Notes under the pieces: model-generated
Told to the model about the DNA's origin: nothing
What the model saw: the letters and a program-made list of their open reading frames with translations, nothing else
Database searches by the model: none
Translations under genes and position numbers: made by a program
Shown: piece after piece, positions 62,936 to 64,000 of the stretch
How the letters are laid out: every line of letters starts with the position of its first letter
Position numbering within the stretch: the stretch's first letter is position 1
NCBI RefSeq assembly: GCF_021028975.2
Contig: NC_059437.1
Span: forward strand, 35,402,001 to 35,466,000
DNA: 64,000 nt
Source of the DNA: Sphaerodactylus townsendi
Taxonomy: Eukaryota
Direction: 5' to 3'

Positions 62936-64000
62936 GTGAGAAAGAAAGGTAAAGGTACTTACTCATGAGGTGACATCACATTATAGCGTTTGTTGTGCAG
63001 ATTATTTTTACAGGGCGAGTCTCAACTTCAGGGTAAACTGCAAAAGCTTCCATTTTTATGGTTTATTCAAGAGGAGAGCTTTTTGAAGCAAGTTGGGTTA
63101 TCTCTCAATCTCTCTTTAGTCCAGAGTGATTTACTCAGTTGGAAATACACCTTCCAGATGGCTTTGTAGCTGCAATGTTCTGTCGCAGTTTGTAGAGGCA
63201 TCTACGCACCATAATCCCCCCTCAGGAAGTCCCAGACCTTGAATTCCTAACTTGAGGGTGAGCTAGCCTCCATGCACAGAAGCACCAACCAGTAAAGAGG
63301 GGTCTTGGCTCAGCCTTGTCATAGTTGAAGAATATTTTTTTTTAAATGAGCATCTGAAAATTATAGATCCACAACATCACATGCATGGGCTCCATGGCAC
63401 CCATCAGCGAGTTTCTTGGTACAACATTTTATGCTTAATAAAGGTTTACTGTACTGTACACATTTGCTTCATTGACAAAGTGCCTCTTCCCCAAAAACGA
63501 AGAGTTAATGCTAATTTTTTTCCACCCAGCTGAAATAGGAGAGACGTTGGAAGAATCCAAGAAGCATCTCTTTTGTACCTACAGAGAGCATTTGTTCAGA
63601 AACAGTTGTCTCCACCATATGAATTTTCTTGCAACCTCCAAACATTTGTCATCAACCATAATTTTGTGGTGGTGCCCACTCTACTTCCTTAAAATTCCAA
63701 AAGTGCCCACAGGCTGAACGAGATTGGAGAACCTGCAGTATTTGAATGAGTTTGTGATGTACTACTAGATTTTCTTTTAAATAAAACTGCAGTTGCTAAA
63801 ATAGCATTTGGAGCATTGATTGATTTATTGATTAGAAAATGACCTACTGAATGGCTATTGACAAAAAATTAAATAGGGTACAGACTTTTCTCAGAAGCAA
63901 AATTATCCTTTTAAGGTAGCATGCTTTTGAGTAACTAGTGCTGTTTTTTCCTCGATAATTGGAGCAGCAATGCCTTGGACTTTTAAAACTTTTTAATCTG

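Overview
Vertebrate genomic DNA, most likely a squamate reptile and probably a gecko (inferred from the SINE/MITE families, not proven). It carries the conserved housekeeping block POP5(+) - RNF10(-) - COQ5(+) - DYNLL1(-) - SRSF9(+, exon 1 only), the same gene order as human 12q24.31. I rebuilt complete spliced CDSs by hand with consistent intron phases: POP5 (5 exons, 165 aa), RNF10 (17 exons, 810 aa, one GC-AG intron), COQ5 (7 exons, 318 aa) and DYNLL1 (2 coding exons, 89 aa). The remainder is introns and intergenic DNA rich in tRNA- and 5S-derived SINEs, CR1 and L1 LINE fragments, hAT MITEs with perfect 8-bp TSDs, GC-rich palindromic MITEs and Penelope-like inverted repeats. Most interesting observations: (1) a layered uORF/overlapping-ORF arrangement in the RNF10 leader; (2) a Penelope-derived hammerhead ribozyme pair in SRSF9 intron 1 in which only the sense-strand copy is broken; (3) RNF10 exon 7, which has a GC donor and is bracketed by two palindromic MITEs; (4) an unexplained decayed coding-like region at about 8.7-10.7 kb that may be an endogenous viral element. 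No prokaryote-type system (CRISPR, operon) is present.
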